A stretch of 64,000 nucleotides of DNA from Longimicrobiales bacterium. Lineage in GTDB: Bacteria; Gemmatimonadota; Gemmatimonadetes; Longimicrobiales; RSA9. This document shows, piece by piece, positions 16,937 to 25,615 of the stretch (its first letter is position 1; the number at the start of each line of letters is the position of its first letter). The position numbers were made by a program, and so were the translations under genes. The stretch covers positions 12,243 through 76,242 of the forward strand of contig DATKCH010000001.1 in NCBI GenBank assembly GCA_035513295.1. The letters are read 5' to 3'. Below the pieces are notes generated by a model. That model searched no databases. It saw nothing but the letters and a program-made list of their open reading frames with translations, and was not told where the DNA came from.

Positions 16937-18171
16937 GCGCCACGCTGATCGTCGTGCTGGTGGTCATCGGCGCGTACCTGGCGGCGCACGTCGCGTTCGA
17001 GTGGCTGGCGCGCCGATTCATGGTGGTCTCGGGGGCCGAATACCTGCTGCTGGGCGTCCTTCTGGGACCCGAGGTGACCGGGCTGATCAGCCCGCGTACG
17101 GTGGGGGGCTTCGCGCCCCTGATGATGCTCGCCCTGGGCTGGATCGGGGCGGTCATCGGGGCGCAGTTCTTCATACCCGCGCTGGTCCGCATTCGTGGCA
17201 TGCTTTTCCAGGTCGCGTTCACCGAGGCCGTGCTCTCGTTGGTCCTCGTATCGACGATCATGGGGGCGATTCTTCTGTGGTTGTTTCCCCTGACGCCGGG
17301 GGCCGCGGTGGTGCCGGCGGTGGCGTTGGGGGCGATCGCGACGGCGTCGGCGCCCTCGGGGATCGCAGTCGTCTCGCAGAGCCTGGGTCGGCGCGGTCGG
17401 GTGGTGCAGCAGCTCGAGGTGGCCACGGCCGTGGACGCGGCGGTGGCGATCGTCGCGTTCGGTCTGCTGCTCAGCATCGTCCACGTGACTCCGGACGTGG
17501 TGCCCCGGGCCCCGACGGCCACCGAGTGGGCGGTGATCGGTGTCGGGATCGGCGTGGTGGGCGGCGCGCTTTTCCACCTGTTCCTGTGGGGCGAGCGGCA
17601 AATCGACCGCCTGTTCATAGCCCTGGCCGGCGCCATCATCCTGGCGAGCGGCGCGGCGGCGTACCTGGGGCTTTCCCCGCTCCTGCCGACGATGCTCATC
17701 GGGGCGATCCTGGTGAACACGTCGAGCAATCGTGGGGAGATCAAGGAGGTCCTCGGTCGGGTGGAGCGGCCGCTGTACTTCGTGCTCCTGATCTTCGCGG
17801 GCGCGGCGTGGCAACCGGAGGTGGCCGGGTGGGTCCTGCCCGTGCTGTTGTTCCTGGTGGTGCGTCTGCTCACCAAGCTCAGCGCCGCGTGGGTGGCCGC
17901 GGCGGCGTGCGGCGCGCTGGGCGAACTCGGCGCGGGTTGGGGCCGAGCGCTGCTGGGGCAGGGCGGACTCGCCGTCGCAATCGCGCTGAACTATCGGCTT
18001 CACGAGGATGCACTCTACGCCGACATCGTATTCACCGCCGGGCTCCTCTCGGTCCTCCTGACGGACCTTCTCTCCGCCCGCGCGGCCGGCGCTGTCCTGC
18101 TACCGCGGCTCCGTCGCAACCCACCCGTGACGAGCACGGGCTTGTCCTCCCTGGAAGGGGAGGGGGACTGA
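16933..18171 (+). CDS. Cation:proton antiporter (CPA1/2-type membrane domain, no RCK domain)
   Basis: The ATG overlaps the nhaA stop (ATGA). It is a polytopic membrane protein. EYLLLGVLLGPEV is typical of the Na_H_Exchanger N-terminus. Confidence 0.8.
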   Translation: MSATLIVVLVVIGAYLAAHVAFEWLARRFMVVSGAEYLLLGVLLGPEVTGLISPRTVGGFAPLMMLALGWIGAVIGAQFFIPALVRIRGMLFQVAFTEAVLSLVLVSTIMGAILLWLFPLTPGAAVVPAVALGAIATASAPSGIAVVSQSLGRRGRVVQQLEVATAVDAAVAIVAFGLLLSIVHVTPDVVPRAPTATEWAVIGVGIGVVGGALFHLFLWGERQIDRLFIALAGAIILASGAAAYLGLSPLLPTMLIGAILVNTSSNRGEIKEVLGRVERPLYFVLLIFAGAAWQPEVAGWVLPVLLFLVVRLLTKLSAAWVAAAACGALGELGAGWGRALLGQGGLAVAIALNYRLHEDALYADIVFTAGLLSVLLTDLLSARAAGAVLLPRLRRNPPVTSTGLSSLEGEGD

Positions 18172-18172
18172 A

Positions 18173-19447
18173 GTGCGACGTCTCCTCATCCTGGGCCTCC
18201 TCTTTGGCGGGATGGTCCTCATCCTCCCCCTGGCCTCGGGAGGCCAGGGCAGCCGCACCCTCCTCACGTTCGGCTTCCTCATCCTCGCCGCTTACACGGT
18301 GGGCGAGATCGCGGCCTCGTTGGGCCTCCCCAAGATCGTGGGCTACCTCGTGGCCGGCGTCCTCTTCGGCCCCTCCGTGCTGGCTACGGTCAGGCCGGAG
18401 GGCGTCGCCCGTCTCGCGCCCGTCAGCGACCTCGCGATCGCGCTGATCGCGTTCCTCGCGGGCGCCGAGCTGAAATGGGACGAGGTGAGGGAGCGCGGCG
18501 TGCTGCTGCTTCGGATCATGACCGCGGAGCTGGCGATCACGTTCATCGCGCTGGCCGCCACCGTCTGGTTCCTCCAGGACGCGCTGCCGTTTCTCCGGGA
18601 CGCCCCGCCGGCGAGCGTCGCCGCCGCGGCCATCCTGTTCGCCGCCATCGCCATAGTCCACTCGCCGGCGGTGACCATGGCGCTGCTCACCGAGACCGGT
18701 GCCCGAGGTCCCGTGGCCAAGACCACGTTGGGCGTGGTCCTCCTCGCGGACGTGGCCGTGGTCCTGTTCTTCAGCGCGGCCATGGCCGTCGCGCGGGCGA
18801 TCGCACCCCCGGAGGGCGTGGTCGCCACCGCGTCGGTCGGCCTCATCATCTGGGAGATCCTCGGTGCACTGGTCGTGGGGGGGCTGCTCGGGGTGGCCGT
18901 CGCGGCCTACCTTCGCTTCGTGGGCCGCGAGCTGCTGCTGTTCGCCGTCCTCGTCGCCTTCTTCGGGTTGGAGATCGCCCGTCTCGCCCATGTAGAGGTG
19001 CTCCTCACCCTCCTCATGGCCGGATTCATCACCGAGAACGTCTCCCCGCACGGCGACGACCTGCGCGAGGCCCTGGAGCGGTCCGCAGCGCCCATCTTCG
19101 TCGTGTTCTTCGCGCTCTCCGGCGCGAAGATCCACCTGCCCGACATCATCCCCCTTCTCCCGCTCGTGGTGCCGATCGCCGCCGTGCGAGCCGGCGCCAT
19201 CTGGGCGGGCACGCGCCTGGGCGCCCGGTGGGGCGGCGCCGAGCCCGCCGAGCGCCGCCTGGTGTGGATGGGGCTGGTATCCCAGGCGGGCGTCGCCATC
19301 GGCCTCGCTGCGATCGTAGCCGAGGCGTACGGCGCTCTCGGGGAGCAGATTCGGAATCTGCTGCTCGCCCTGATCGCCGTGAACGAGACCATCGGCCCGA
19401 TCCTGTTCCGCCGCGCCCTCGCCCGCGGCGGCGAGGCCGAAGCCTGA
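18173..19447 (+). CDS. Cation:proton antiporter (second CPA-type paralogue)
   Basis: GTG start lies 1 nt after the previous stop. It contains GLPKIVGYLVAGVLFGPSVL and has polytopic architecture like the preceding gene. Confidence 0.8.
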   Translation: MRRLLILGLLFGGMVLILPLASGGQGSRTLLTFGFLILAAYTVGEIAASLGLPKIVGYLVAGVLFGPSVLATVRPEGVARLAPVSDLAIALIAFLAGAELKWDEVRERGVLLLRIMTAELAITFIALAATVWFLQDALPFLRDAPPASVAAAAILFAAIAIVHSPAVTMALLTETGARGPVAKTTLGVVLLADVAVVLFFSAAMAVARAIAPPEGVVATASVGLIIWEILGALVVGGLLGVAVAAYLRFVGRELLLFAVLVAFFGLEIARLAHVEVLLTLLMAGFITENVSPHGDDLREALERSAAPIFVVFFALSGAKIHLPDIIPLLPLVVPIAAVRAGAIWAGTRLGARWGGAEPAERRLVWMGLVSQAGVAIGLAAIVAEAYGALGEQIRNLLLALIAVNETIGPILFRRALARGGEAEA

Positions 19448-19546
19448 AGGCGCCGCGGGCGCGGAACGGGCGCGTGACGACGATCCCTTGGCTATATTCG
19501 GCGTTCGGGAAAGACTCCACGGTGCCCCGCCGAGCCTCCGAGGTCG

Positions 19547-21496
19547 ATGCCGCTCTCGGATCCGAAGCGCGGCGGAGGGATGTTCATGACCCGCCTCCGA
19601 CTCGAAGCAGCCTCCGTCGTGCTCGCGTTCGCCGGCATGATCGGGGGGCTCATCGCCGAGCGAGCGGGCGCCGAGGGAGTCGGCGTGGCGGCGTACGCCG
19701 TGGCCTACGCCGCCGGCGGCTGGGCGGGCGCCCGCGGGGCTTTCCGGACGCTGGTTCGCGGCCACGTCCACATCGACCTCCTGATGATCCTGGCCGCGCT
19801 GGGCGCGCTGGTCATCGGAGCGCCCTTCGAGGGGGCCATGCTGCTGTTCCTGTTCTCCCTCTCCAACGTCCTCCAGACCATCGCGATCGGGCGTTCCCGC
19901 AAGGCCATCGAGGCGCTGATGGAACTGCGCCCGGAAACCGCGCGCGTGCGGCGCGGGGAGGAGTGGGTGCCGATCCCGGTGGAGTCGGCGGTCGTCGGCG
20001 ACGTGTTCCTGGTCACCCCGGGGGACCGGCTACCGCTGGACGGGGACGTGCTGCGGGGCGCCGGCGAAGTGGACGAGGCGTCGCTGACCGGAGAGTCCAT
20101 CCCGGTGGACAAGATGCCGGGCGACATGGTCTTCGGAGGCACCATCAACGGCAGCGGGGCCCTCGAGGTGCGCGTGACCCGACTCGCCGGCGAGAGCGCC
20201 ATCGCGCGCCTGATCCGACTCGTGGAGGAAGCGCAGGGCCAGAAGGCCGAGACGCAGCGTATCATCGACCGCTACGAGGAGCCGTACGCGCTCGGCGTGA
20301 TCGCGCTCACCGTCGCCGCGGTCGTCGTGCCGACGCTGCTATTCGGCGCCGAGTTCCGGCCGTCCTTCTACCGCGCGATGACGCTGATGGTGGCGGCGAG
20401 CCCGTGCGCGCTGGTGATCTCCACGCCCGCCGCCGTGCTCAGCGCCATCGCGGCCGCGGCGCGCTTCGGCGTGCTCTTCAAGGGGGGCGTGTTCGTGGAG
20501 GCGATGGGCGCGGTGCGCGCGATCGCGTTCGACAAGACGGGCACCCTCACGCTCGGCCGGTCCCGCCTGACCGACATCGTCTCCCTGCGGGACGACCTGG
20601 ATGAACGGCGCCTGCTGACGCTGGCGGCCGCCGTCCAGACCCACAGCGAGCACCACCTCGGGGACGCTACGCTGCGCGCGGCGCGTGAGGCGGGCGTGGA
20701 GATCCCCCCCGTGTGGGACTTCGAGGCGACGGCGGGACGGGGCGTGGCCGGGACCGTCGACGGTGCGCGCATCCTCGTCGGCAACGCGCGCCTGTTCGAG
20801 AACCGCAACGGCGGCTCACCGCCCTCGAGCCCATGGGCCCGCGCGGAATCGGGCGCCCACGGCTTCCGGGAGCGCGGGCGCACGTCGGTGATCGTCGCGG
20901 GTGAGGACGGCCAGGGATCGACGGTGCCGCTCGGGATCATGGCGTTCGCCGACGAGGTCCGGCCGGCGGCAGCCCGCGTGATCACGGCTCTGCGCGATCT
21001 CGGCGTGGAGCACATGGCCATGATCACCGGCGACAATCGCGTGGTCGCCGACGCGGTGGCCCGGAGCGTGGGCCTGGAGGAGTCGCACGCCGAAATCCTG
21101 CCGGAGCGGAAGGTGGAGCTGGTGCGCGAGCTGCGGGAGCGGTTCGGCAGCGTGGCCTACGTCGGCGACGGCGTGAACGACGCCCCCGCGCTGGCCGCCG
21201 CGAACGTTGGCATCGCGATGGGGGGGGCTGGCACCGACGTGGCCCTGGAGACAGCGGACGTGGTGCTCATGGCCGACGACCTCAACAAGCTCGCCTTCGC
21301 GGTGGCCCTCGGCCGGCGGACCAGGCGGGTGCTGATCGCCAACCTGACGTTCGCGCTCGGCATCATCGTGGTGATGATCGGCTTCATCCTGACCGTCGGG
21401 TTGCCCTTGCCGCTGGCCGTGGTGGGACACGAAGGCAGTACGGTCCTGGTGTCACTGAACGGTCTCAGACTGCTGGGTACGCGGCCGGAGTCCTGA
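19547..21496 (+). CDS. Heavy-metal P-type ATPase, subgroup P1B-4-like (Co/Zn/Fe-type exporter)
   Basis: DKTGTLT, TGES and GDGVNDAPAL are present. The transmembrane motif is SPC (AASPCALVIS) and a later motif is HEGSTVLVSLNGLRLL. There is no N-terminal HMA domain. The start could also be 19580. Confidence 0.85.
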   Translation: MPLSDPKRGGGMFMTRLRLEAASVVLAFAGMIGGLIAERAGAEGVGVAAYAVAYAAGGWAGARGAFRTLVRGHVHIDLLMILAALGALVIGAPFEGAMLLFLFSLSNVLQTIAIGRSRKAIEALMELRPETARVRRGEEWVPIPVESAVVGDVFLVTPGDRLPLDGDVLRGAGEVDEASLTGESIPVDKMPGDMVFGGTINGSGALEVRVTRLAGESAIARLIRLVEEAQGQKAETQRIIDRYEEPYALGVIALTVAAVVVPTLLFGAEFRPSFYRAMTLMVAASPCALVISTPAAVLSAIAAAARFGVLFKGGVFVEAMGAVRAIAFDKTGTLTLGRSRLTDIVSLRDDLDERRLLTLAAAVQTHSEHHLGDATLRAAREAGVEIPPVWDFEATAGRGVAGTVDGARILVGNARLFENRNGGSPPSSPWARAESGAHGFRERGRTSVIVAGEDGQGSTVPLGIMAFADEVRPAAARVITALRDLGVEHMAMITGDNRVVADAVARSVGLEESHAEILPERKVELVRELRERFGSVAYVGDGVNDAPALAAANVGIAMGGAGTDVALETADVVLMADDLNKLAFAVALGRRTRRVLIANLTFALGIIVVMIGFILTVGLPLPLAVVGHEGSTVLVSLNGLRLLGTRPES

Positions 21497-21567
21497 GCGC
21501 ACCGAAGGGCGCCCTCGGACGCGCCGCGCGGCGAGCGGGACGCCCTCTCGACGCCCCGCTCACCGGT

Positions 21568-22062
21568 TCAGGGCGCGCCGACCCCTCCCGTCCGGCGTGC
21601 GCCCTTCCGCTTCAACTCCCGCAGTGGAGACCCGGCGTCCACCGAGGCCTCCACTGCCCCCGGCCCGGCGCGCTCCGCCGCGAGCTCCTCGGCGTGCTCC
21701 ACGTTGCGCCGGACCGAGGCCCCGGACAGGGCGCCCTCCCCCGCCGTATCCGGGTCCATCAGCGTCGCGCTCAGGGCGCGGAAGTCCTGCGTGATGCCGA
21801 CCTCGTCGTGTCGGGGCGCGTAGGCCTGCAGCGTGCCCACGAACGCGACCGTCAGGATCACCGCGAACGCCGTCGCGGGCGTCCGGAACCGCAAGCTGAT
21901 CCACTCGATCGTCGCGCCGAACGCGAACCCCGCGGCGGCCGCGGCGCCCACCTGCGGACCCGGAACCCCGAAGTGCCAGGCCGAAGCGCCGGCGCCGGCG
22001 CCGAACACGAGTCCCGTGATCGTGCCGAATCGTAGCCAATCCATGACCGCGTTGCGTCGCAT
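21568..22062 (-). CDS. Hypothetical small membrane protein
   Basis: Two predicted TM helices (ITGLVFGAGAGASAW, ATAFAVILTVAFVGTL) are followed by a soluble tail. GC3 is high. I recognise no family. The start may be the internal Met at 22044. Confidence 0.5.
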   Translation of the reverse strand: MRRNAVMDWLRFGTITGLVFGAGAGASAWHFGVPGPQVGAAAAAGFAFGATIEWISLRFRTPATAFAVILTVAFVGTLQAYAPRHDEVGITQDFRALSATLMDPDTAGEGALSGASVRRNVEHAEELAAERAGPGAVEASVDAGSPLRELKRKGARRTGGVGAP

Positions 22063-22201
22063 TTCGTGTATCTCCCGCCGAAGAGCGGTGGGGTGATTTC
22101 GCTCGTCGGTTGCCGGGATGTAGAGCCAGAGACGTGCCGCACTCGCCGGATACGGCTCAGATGTCCGTAATCGATGTTATTCAAGGGAGATAGGAGACTT
22201 T

Positions 22202-22215
22202 CCACAGTACTGTGG
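22202..22215. promoter_or_regulatory. Perfect 14-bp palindrome CCACAGTACTGTGG in a relatively AT-rich intergenic region
   Basis: Read directly from the sequence. It lies about 140 nt upstream of the 21568..22062 gene and 119 nt downstream of the HK-SARP operon. Confidence 0.25.
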
Positions 22216-22333
22216 GAAACCCGGGGCGGGGCGCAGGCGCCGGCGGAAGGCGTGGGGCGCTTGCACTTTGCGATACGCTGCTTCGCACCGCGCCGCGCGA
22301 GGGCGCCACAATCGACCGTCCAGGACCGCGCTC

Positions 22334-22694
22334 CTAAAGCCGGGCCGACGAAACCTCAGCCGTCCGGAGCGGGATTCCAGCGGTCGACAGGGTGTCCACG
22401 GCGCTGGCGGGATCGCCGATCCGATAGTCGTCGAGGATCGGGCGTTCGGGCGTGTAGAGGGCGGCGGGATAGGGTTCGAAGACGCAGTCGGCGAACACGG
22501 CGGTGGGGAACAGCACCGCCCTGCCGGCCAGCACGACCGCGCACCGGACGTCGGTGACCGCCAGGTCCGAACGCGAAAGGTCGCAGGTCCAGCCCATGGA
22601 GGACCGCGTAGGTCAGGTCGCCCCCGGAGTCGAGGTGGGCGCGCAGCCTCGCCGGATCGTCGAACTCGCGCGTGGTCCGGAGGGGCGTCGTCAC
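22334..22694 (-). pseudogene. Small pentapeptide-repeat-like protein gene, apparently frameshifted (or sequence error)
   Basis: The GTG at 22694 overlaps the SARP stop (GTGA) and encodes VTTPLRTTREFDDPARLRAHLDSGGDLTYAVLHGLDL with coding-like GC3. Near 22580-22586 the coding signal moves to the frame of ORF 22334..22597 (...DLSRSDLAVTDVRCAVVLAGRAVLFPTAVFADCVF...). The total span of 361 nt is not a multiple of 3. Confidence 0.45.
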
Positions 22695-25591
22695 GGCCCG
22701 TCGTCCACCAGGCGCGCCAGACGTCGTCGCGCCGCGGCTACGGTGGGCTGGAGAACGGGCTCCGCGTCGGACCAGAGGCTCACGAAGCGTCGGTAGTGGC
22801 CGGCGGCGGCTGCACGGTCCCCTTCGGCCTCCAGGATCTGCGCGATGCGCAGGTGCGCGGGCGCGGCGTAGAGGAGCTCGTAGCCGTCCGTCAGGCTGCG
22901 CAGCCAGCGCAGCGCCTCCTCGCTGTCGGCTTCCTCGAGCGCGATCATGGCGCGCAGCCAGCGGTCCGGCGACCGGGCGAAGAAGGGAGAGATCATTACG
23001 CGCTCCGTCGGCGTCCGGGGCAGGGGGCCGCCCAGGTGGTGGGCCGCCGTAGCACGATCTCCGGCCGCCGCGGCGGCGTGCGCGCGTACGCTTTCGGCGA
23101 GCGCCCGGCCGAGCGCCGCGGCCTCGTCCGACCGGCCCAGGCCGTCCAGCGCCCGGGCGTAGCCGGCGGCCGCCGGGGCGTCCCCCAGGCGGACGGACAG
23201 GAGCCCGAGCAGGTACAGGCGGAGGTGCCGGTGCGCGTCGGCGTGCGCGCCCAGGAAGAAGCCGATGTTCGGCGATCGGGCGCCGGGATCCCAGCTCTCG
23301 AGGTCGCCACGCAGGGACTCGAGGAGTGCGGTGTCGGCGGGCGCTTCGGGCAGTAGCGCGAACAGCGCGGCGAACTCGCGCGTCCAATCGGGCTCGGCCG
23401 CGGCCGCGGCGTCCAGGTGCGCGCGCGCCGCCGCGGGCCGGCCGCGCGCGGCGTCGATCGCGGCCCGGAGGACGCGCCCGGCGGCCGCGAGCTCCGGCGT
23501 GTCGAGCGGCGGATCCGCCAGCGCGCCCAACTCGGCCGCCGCCTCCAGGTCCCCCAGGTTGGCGGCCAGCCGGCCGAGCGCTACCCCGTAGGTGATGGGG
23601 TCGCCCGAGCCGAGGATCTCCCGCACGCGCCCGCGCTCGGTCTCGTCGCCCCACGCCGCCGCCCTGACGGCACGCCACGCGACCGCCTGATCGCTCGTGG
23701 AATCGACCAGTGCGTAGAGAGAGTCGAACGTCGCGTGGTCGCCCTCGGCGGCAGCGAACTCGAGCAGGTGGAAGCGCGCCTCGCCGACGCCGGGATCGAT
23801 CGCGACCGCGCGCCGGAAGGGCTCGCGGGCCTCGTTCGCCGGCCGCCCGCGCAGCGGATTGTAGTGGACCAGCGCCTCCCCGAGCCCGGCCCACGCTTCG
23901 GGGTCGTGGGGCGCCAGCGCGACCAGCGCCTCGTACGCCCGCTCGGCGCGGTCCGCGTCGCCTTCCAGGAACGCCGCCCAGGCATCGACCAGACCCCGCT
24001 CCCGCGCCGGGAGCCGCTCCGCGTGCCGCTGCGCAGCGCGGATCGCCACCCGCGCCCGCTGGAAGTCGAACGCCCACTGCGACGCGGCCGAGAGCCGGTA
24101 GTGCGCCAGCGCGTACGCCGGATCGTCGTCCACGGCGCGCTGGAAGGCCTCGATGGCGTCCCAGTACCTGGTGGCCCGGAACGCCTCGGCGCCCTCCTGG
24201 AAGGCACGGAACGCCGAGAGCGAGGAGGTGCTGCGCGCCGCCACGCCGCTCAGCGGGTCGGCTCCGCGAGCGGCCAGCAGCTGCGTCGCGATGCCGTCGA
24301 CCAGCGCGAAGAGCGAATCGGTCGGTGCCTCGCCGGACGCGCTCGCGCTCGTACCGCTAGCGCTCCCGTCCACGAGCCGGGCTTCGATCCGGAGACGGTC
24401 CCCGGTCGCGACGACCGACCCCTCGATCCTAGCCGGCGCGCCGAAGCGCGCGGCCAGGTCGGCGGGCGTGAGGTCGGGACGCCGGGCGGCGAGGGAAAGC
24501 ACAGCCCGGGAATCGACGACGCTCAGGCCGCCGGCGCCGTCCAGCGCGGGGGCGAGCAGCGTGGGAACTCCCTGGGCCAGGAAGGCCGCGTCCTCGGGGT
24601 CGCCGGGCACGCGAAAGGGGGGGATGACGAGCGCCACTCCGGGTCCGGCCGCCGCGGCGCGCATCAACCGGTCGCTGTCGGCTCGCCACCAGAGCGCCAG
24701 CGCCGCCAACGCGAGCAATACGGCGGCGGACGGGAAAGCAGGAAAGCGGCGGCGCCGCCGCCGGCCGCCGTCGCCGGCGATCGAGGCGGAGCTCCGAACC
24801 GGCGTGGGCGACGCCCCGGCAGGGGCCGGCGCATCCGCGGGCCGCGCCTCCGCCGGGCTCACGGGCAGGCCCACCGGTCTGGGGTCATCCCGCAGCCGCT
24901 CGGCGAACGCGGCCACTTCGGGGTCGGGCTCGGCGTCCAGTTCCTCGCGTAGCAGCGCCGCGTGGATCTGCGCGTGTCGGATCGCCTCCGCCCGTTTCCC
25001 CGCGGCCTCGAGCGCACCCATCAGCCCCAGCGCGACGCTGGCGTCGAAGTGGTCGTGCGCCGCGAGGCGCCGCCACCACTCCGCGGCGCGCGGGGCATCT
25101 GCCGCCTCCTGCGAGGAGCGAGCCAGCGTCCGCAGCGCCGCCCCGTAAGCGCGCGCGAGTTCCGCCCGCTCGCCGTCCGCCCACTTCTCGAAATCCGACG
25201 CGTCGTCGACGTAGAAGCCGTCCAGGAACGGGCCCCCGTACGCCTCCACCGCCGTCTCCAGGTCGCCGCGCTCGAGCGCCGAGACGAAGTCGTCCAGGTC
25301 GCTCGGGAGCGCCGACGGGTCCAGGCGCAAGTCGTCGCCGGGGGTGTGCACGACGGCCTCCCCCAACTCCTTGCGCACGACGTACAGCGCCTCGGACAGG
25401 AGACGCCGGGCGCGGTCATCGTCGTGCTCGGGCCAGAGCAGGCCGACGATCCGATCCCGACTCACGACACCACCTCGCTGCGCGGCGAGGATCGCCAGGA
25501 ACGCCAGTCGCCGCCGCTGCGCGGCGCGTCCGCGGACGGGCCCGTCGGGCCCGGTCAGGGCAGCGCTCCCGAGTAGCGTCAGTCGGATCAA
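22691..25591 (-). CDS. Membrane-bound SARP/BTAD-family transcriptional regulator with periplasmic and TPR region
   Basis: TTG start. The N-terminal winged-helix plus BTAD region (LLWPEHDDDRARRLLSEALYVVRKEL; FLDGFYVDDASDFEKWADGERAEL) is followed by one TM helix (AAVLLALAALALWW). About 650 aa of extracytoplasmic sequence follows, including TPR-like repeats. Confidence 0.85.
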   Translation of the reverse strand: MIRLTLLGSAALTGPDGPVRGRAAQRRRLAFLAILAAQRGGVVSRDRIVGLLWPEHDDDRARRLLSEALYVVRKELGEAVVHTPGDDLRLDPSALPSDLDDFVSALERGDLETAVEAYGGPFLDGFYVDDASDFEKWADGERAELARAYGAALRTLARSSQEAADAPRAAEWWRRLAAHDHFDASVALGLMGALEAAGKRAEAIRHAQIHAALLREELDAEPDPEVAAFAERLRDDPRPVGLPVSPAEARPADAPAPAGASPTPVRSSASIAGDGGRRRRRRFPAFPSAAVLLALAALALWWRADSDRLMRAAAAGPGVALVIPPFRVPGDPEDAAFLAQGVPTLLAPALDGAGGLSVVDSRAVLSLAARRPDLTPADLAARFGAPARIEGSVVATGDRLRIEARLVDGSASGTSASASGEAPTDSLFALVDGIATQLLAARGADPLSGVAARSTSSLSAFRAFQEGAEAFRATRYWDAIEAFQRAVDDDPAYALAHYRLSAASQWAFDFQRARVAIRAAQRHAERLPARERGLVDAWAAFLEGDADRAERAYEALVALAPHDPEAWAGLGEALVHYNPLRGRPANEAREPFRRAVAIDPGVGEARFHLLEFAAAEGDHATFDSLYALVDSTSDQAVAWRAVRAAAWGDETERGRVREILGSGDPITYGVALGRLAANLGDLEAAAELGALADPPLDTPELAAAGRVLRAAIDAARGRPAAARAHLDAAAAAEPDWTREFAALFALLPEAPADTALLESLRGDLESWDPGARSPNIGFFLGAHADAHRHLRLYLLGLLSVRLGDAPAAAGYARALDGLGRSDEAAALGRALAESVRAHAAAAAGDRATAAHHLGGPLPRTPTERVMISPFFARSPDRWLRAMIALEEADSEEALRWLRSLTDGYELLYAAPAHLRIAQILEAEGDRAAAAGHYRRFVSLWSDAEPVLQPTVAAARRRLARLVDDGP

Positions 25592-25615
25592 ATGGTCATG
25601 CCGGTGGGGAGATGC

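Noticed and set aside
16390-20604. ORFs 16390..18003 (-), 16791..17876 (-), 18032..19771 (-) and 18475..20604 (+)
   Set aside because: They overlap the antiporter and P-type ATPase genes in wrong frames. The hydrophobic, motif-bearing frames on the + strand explain the region.
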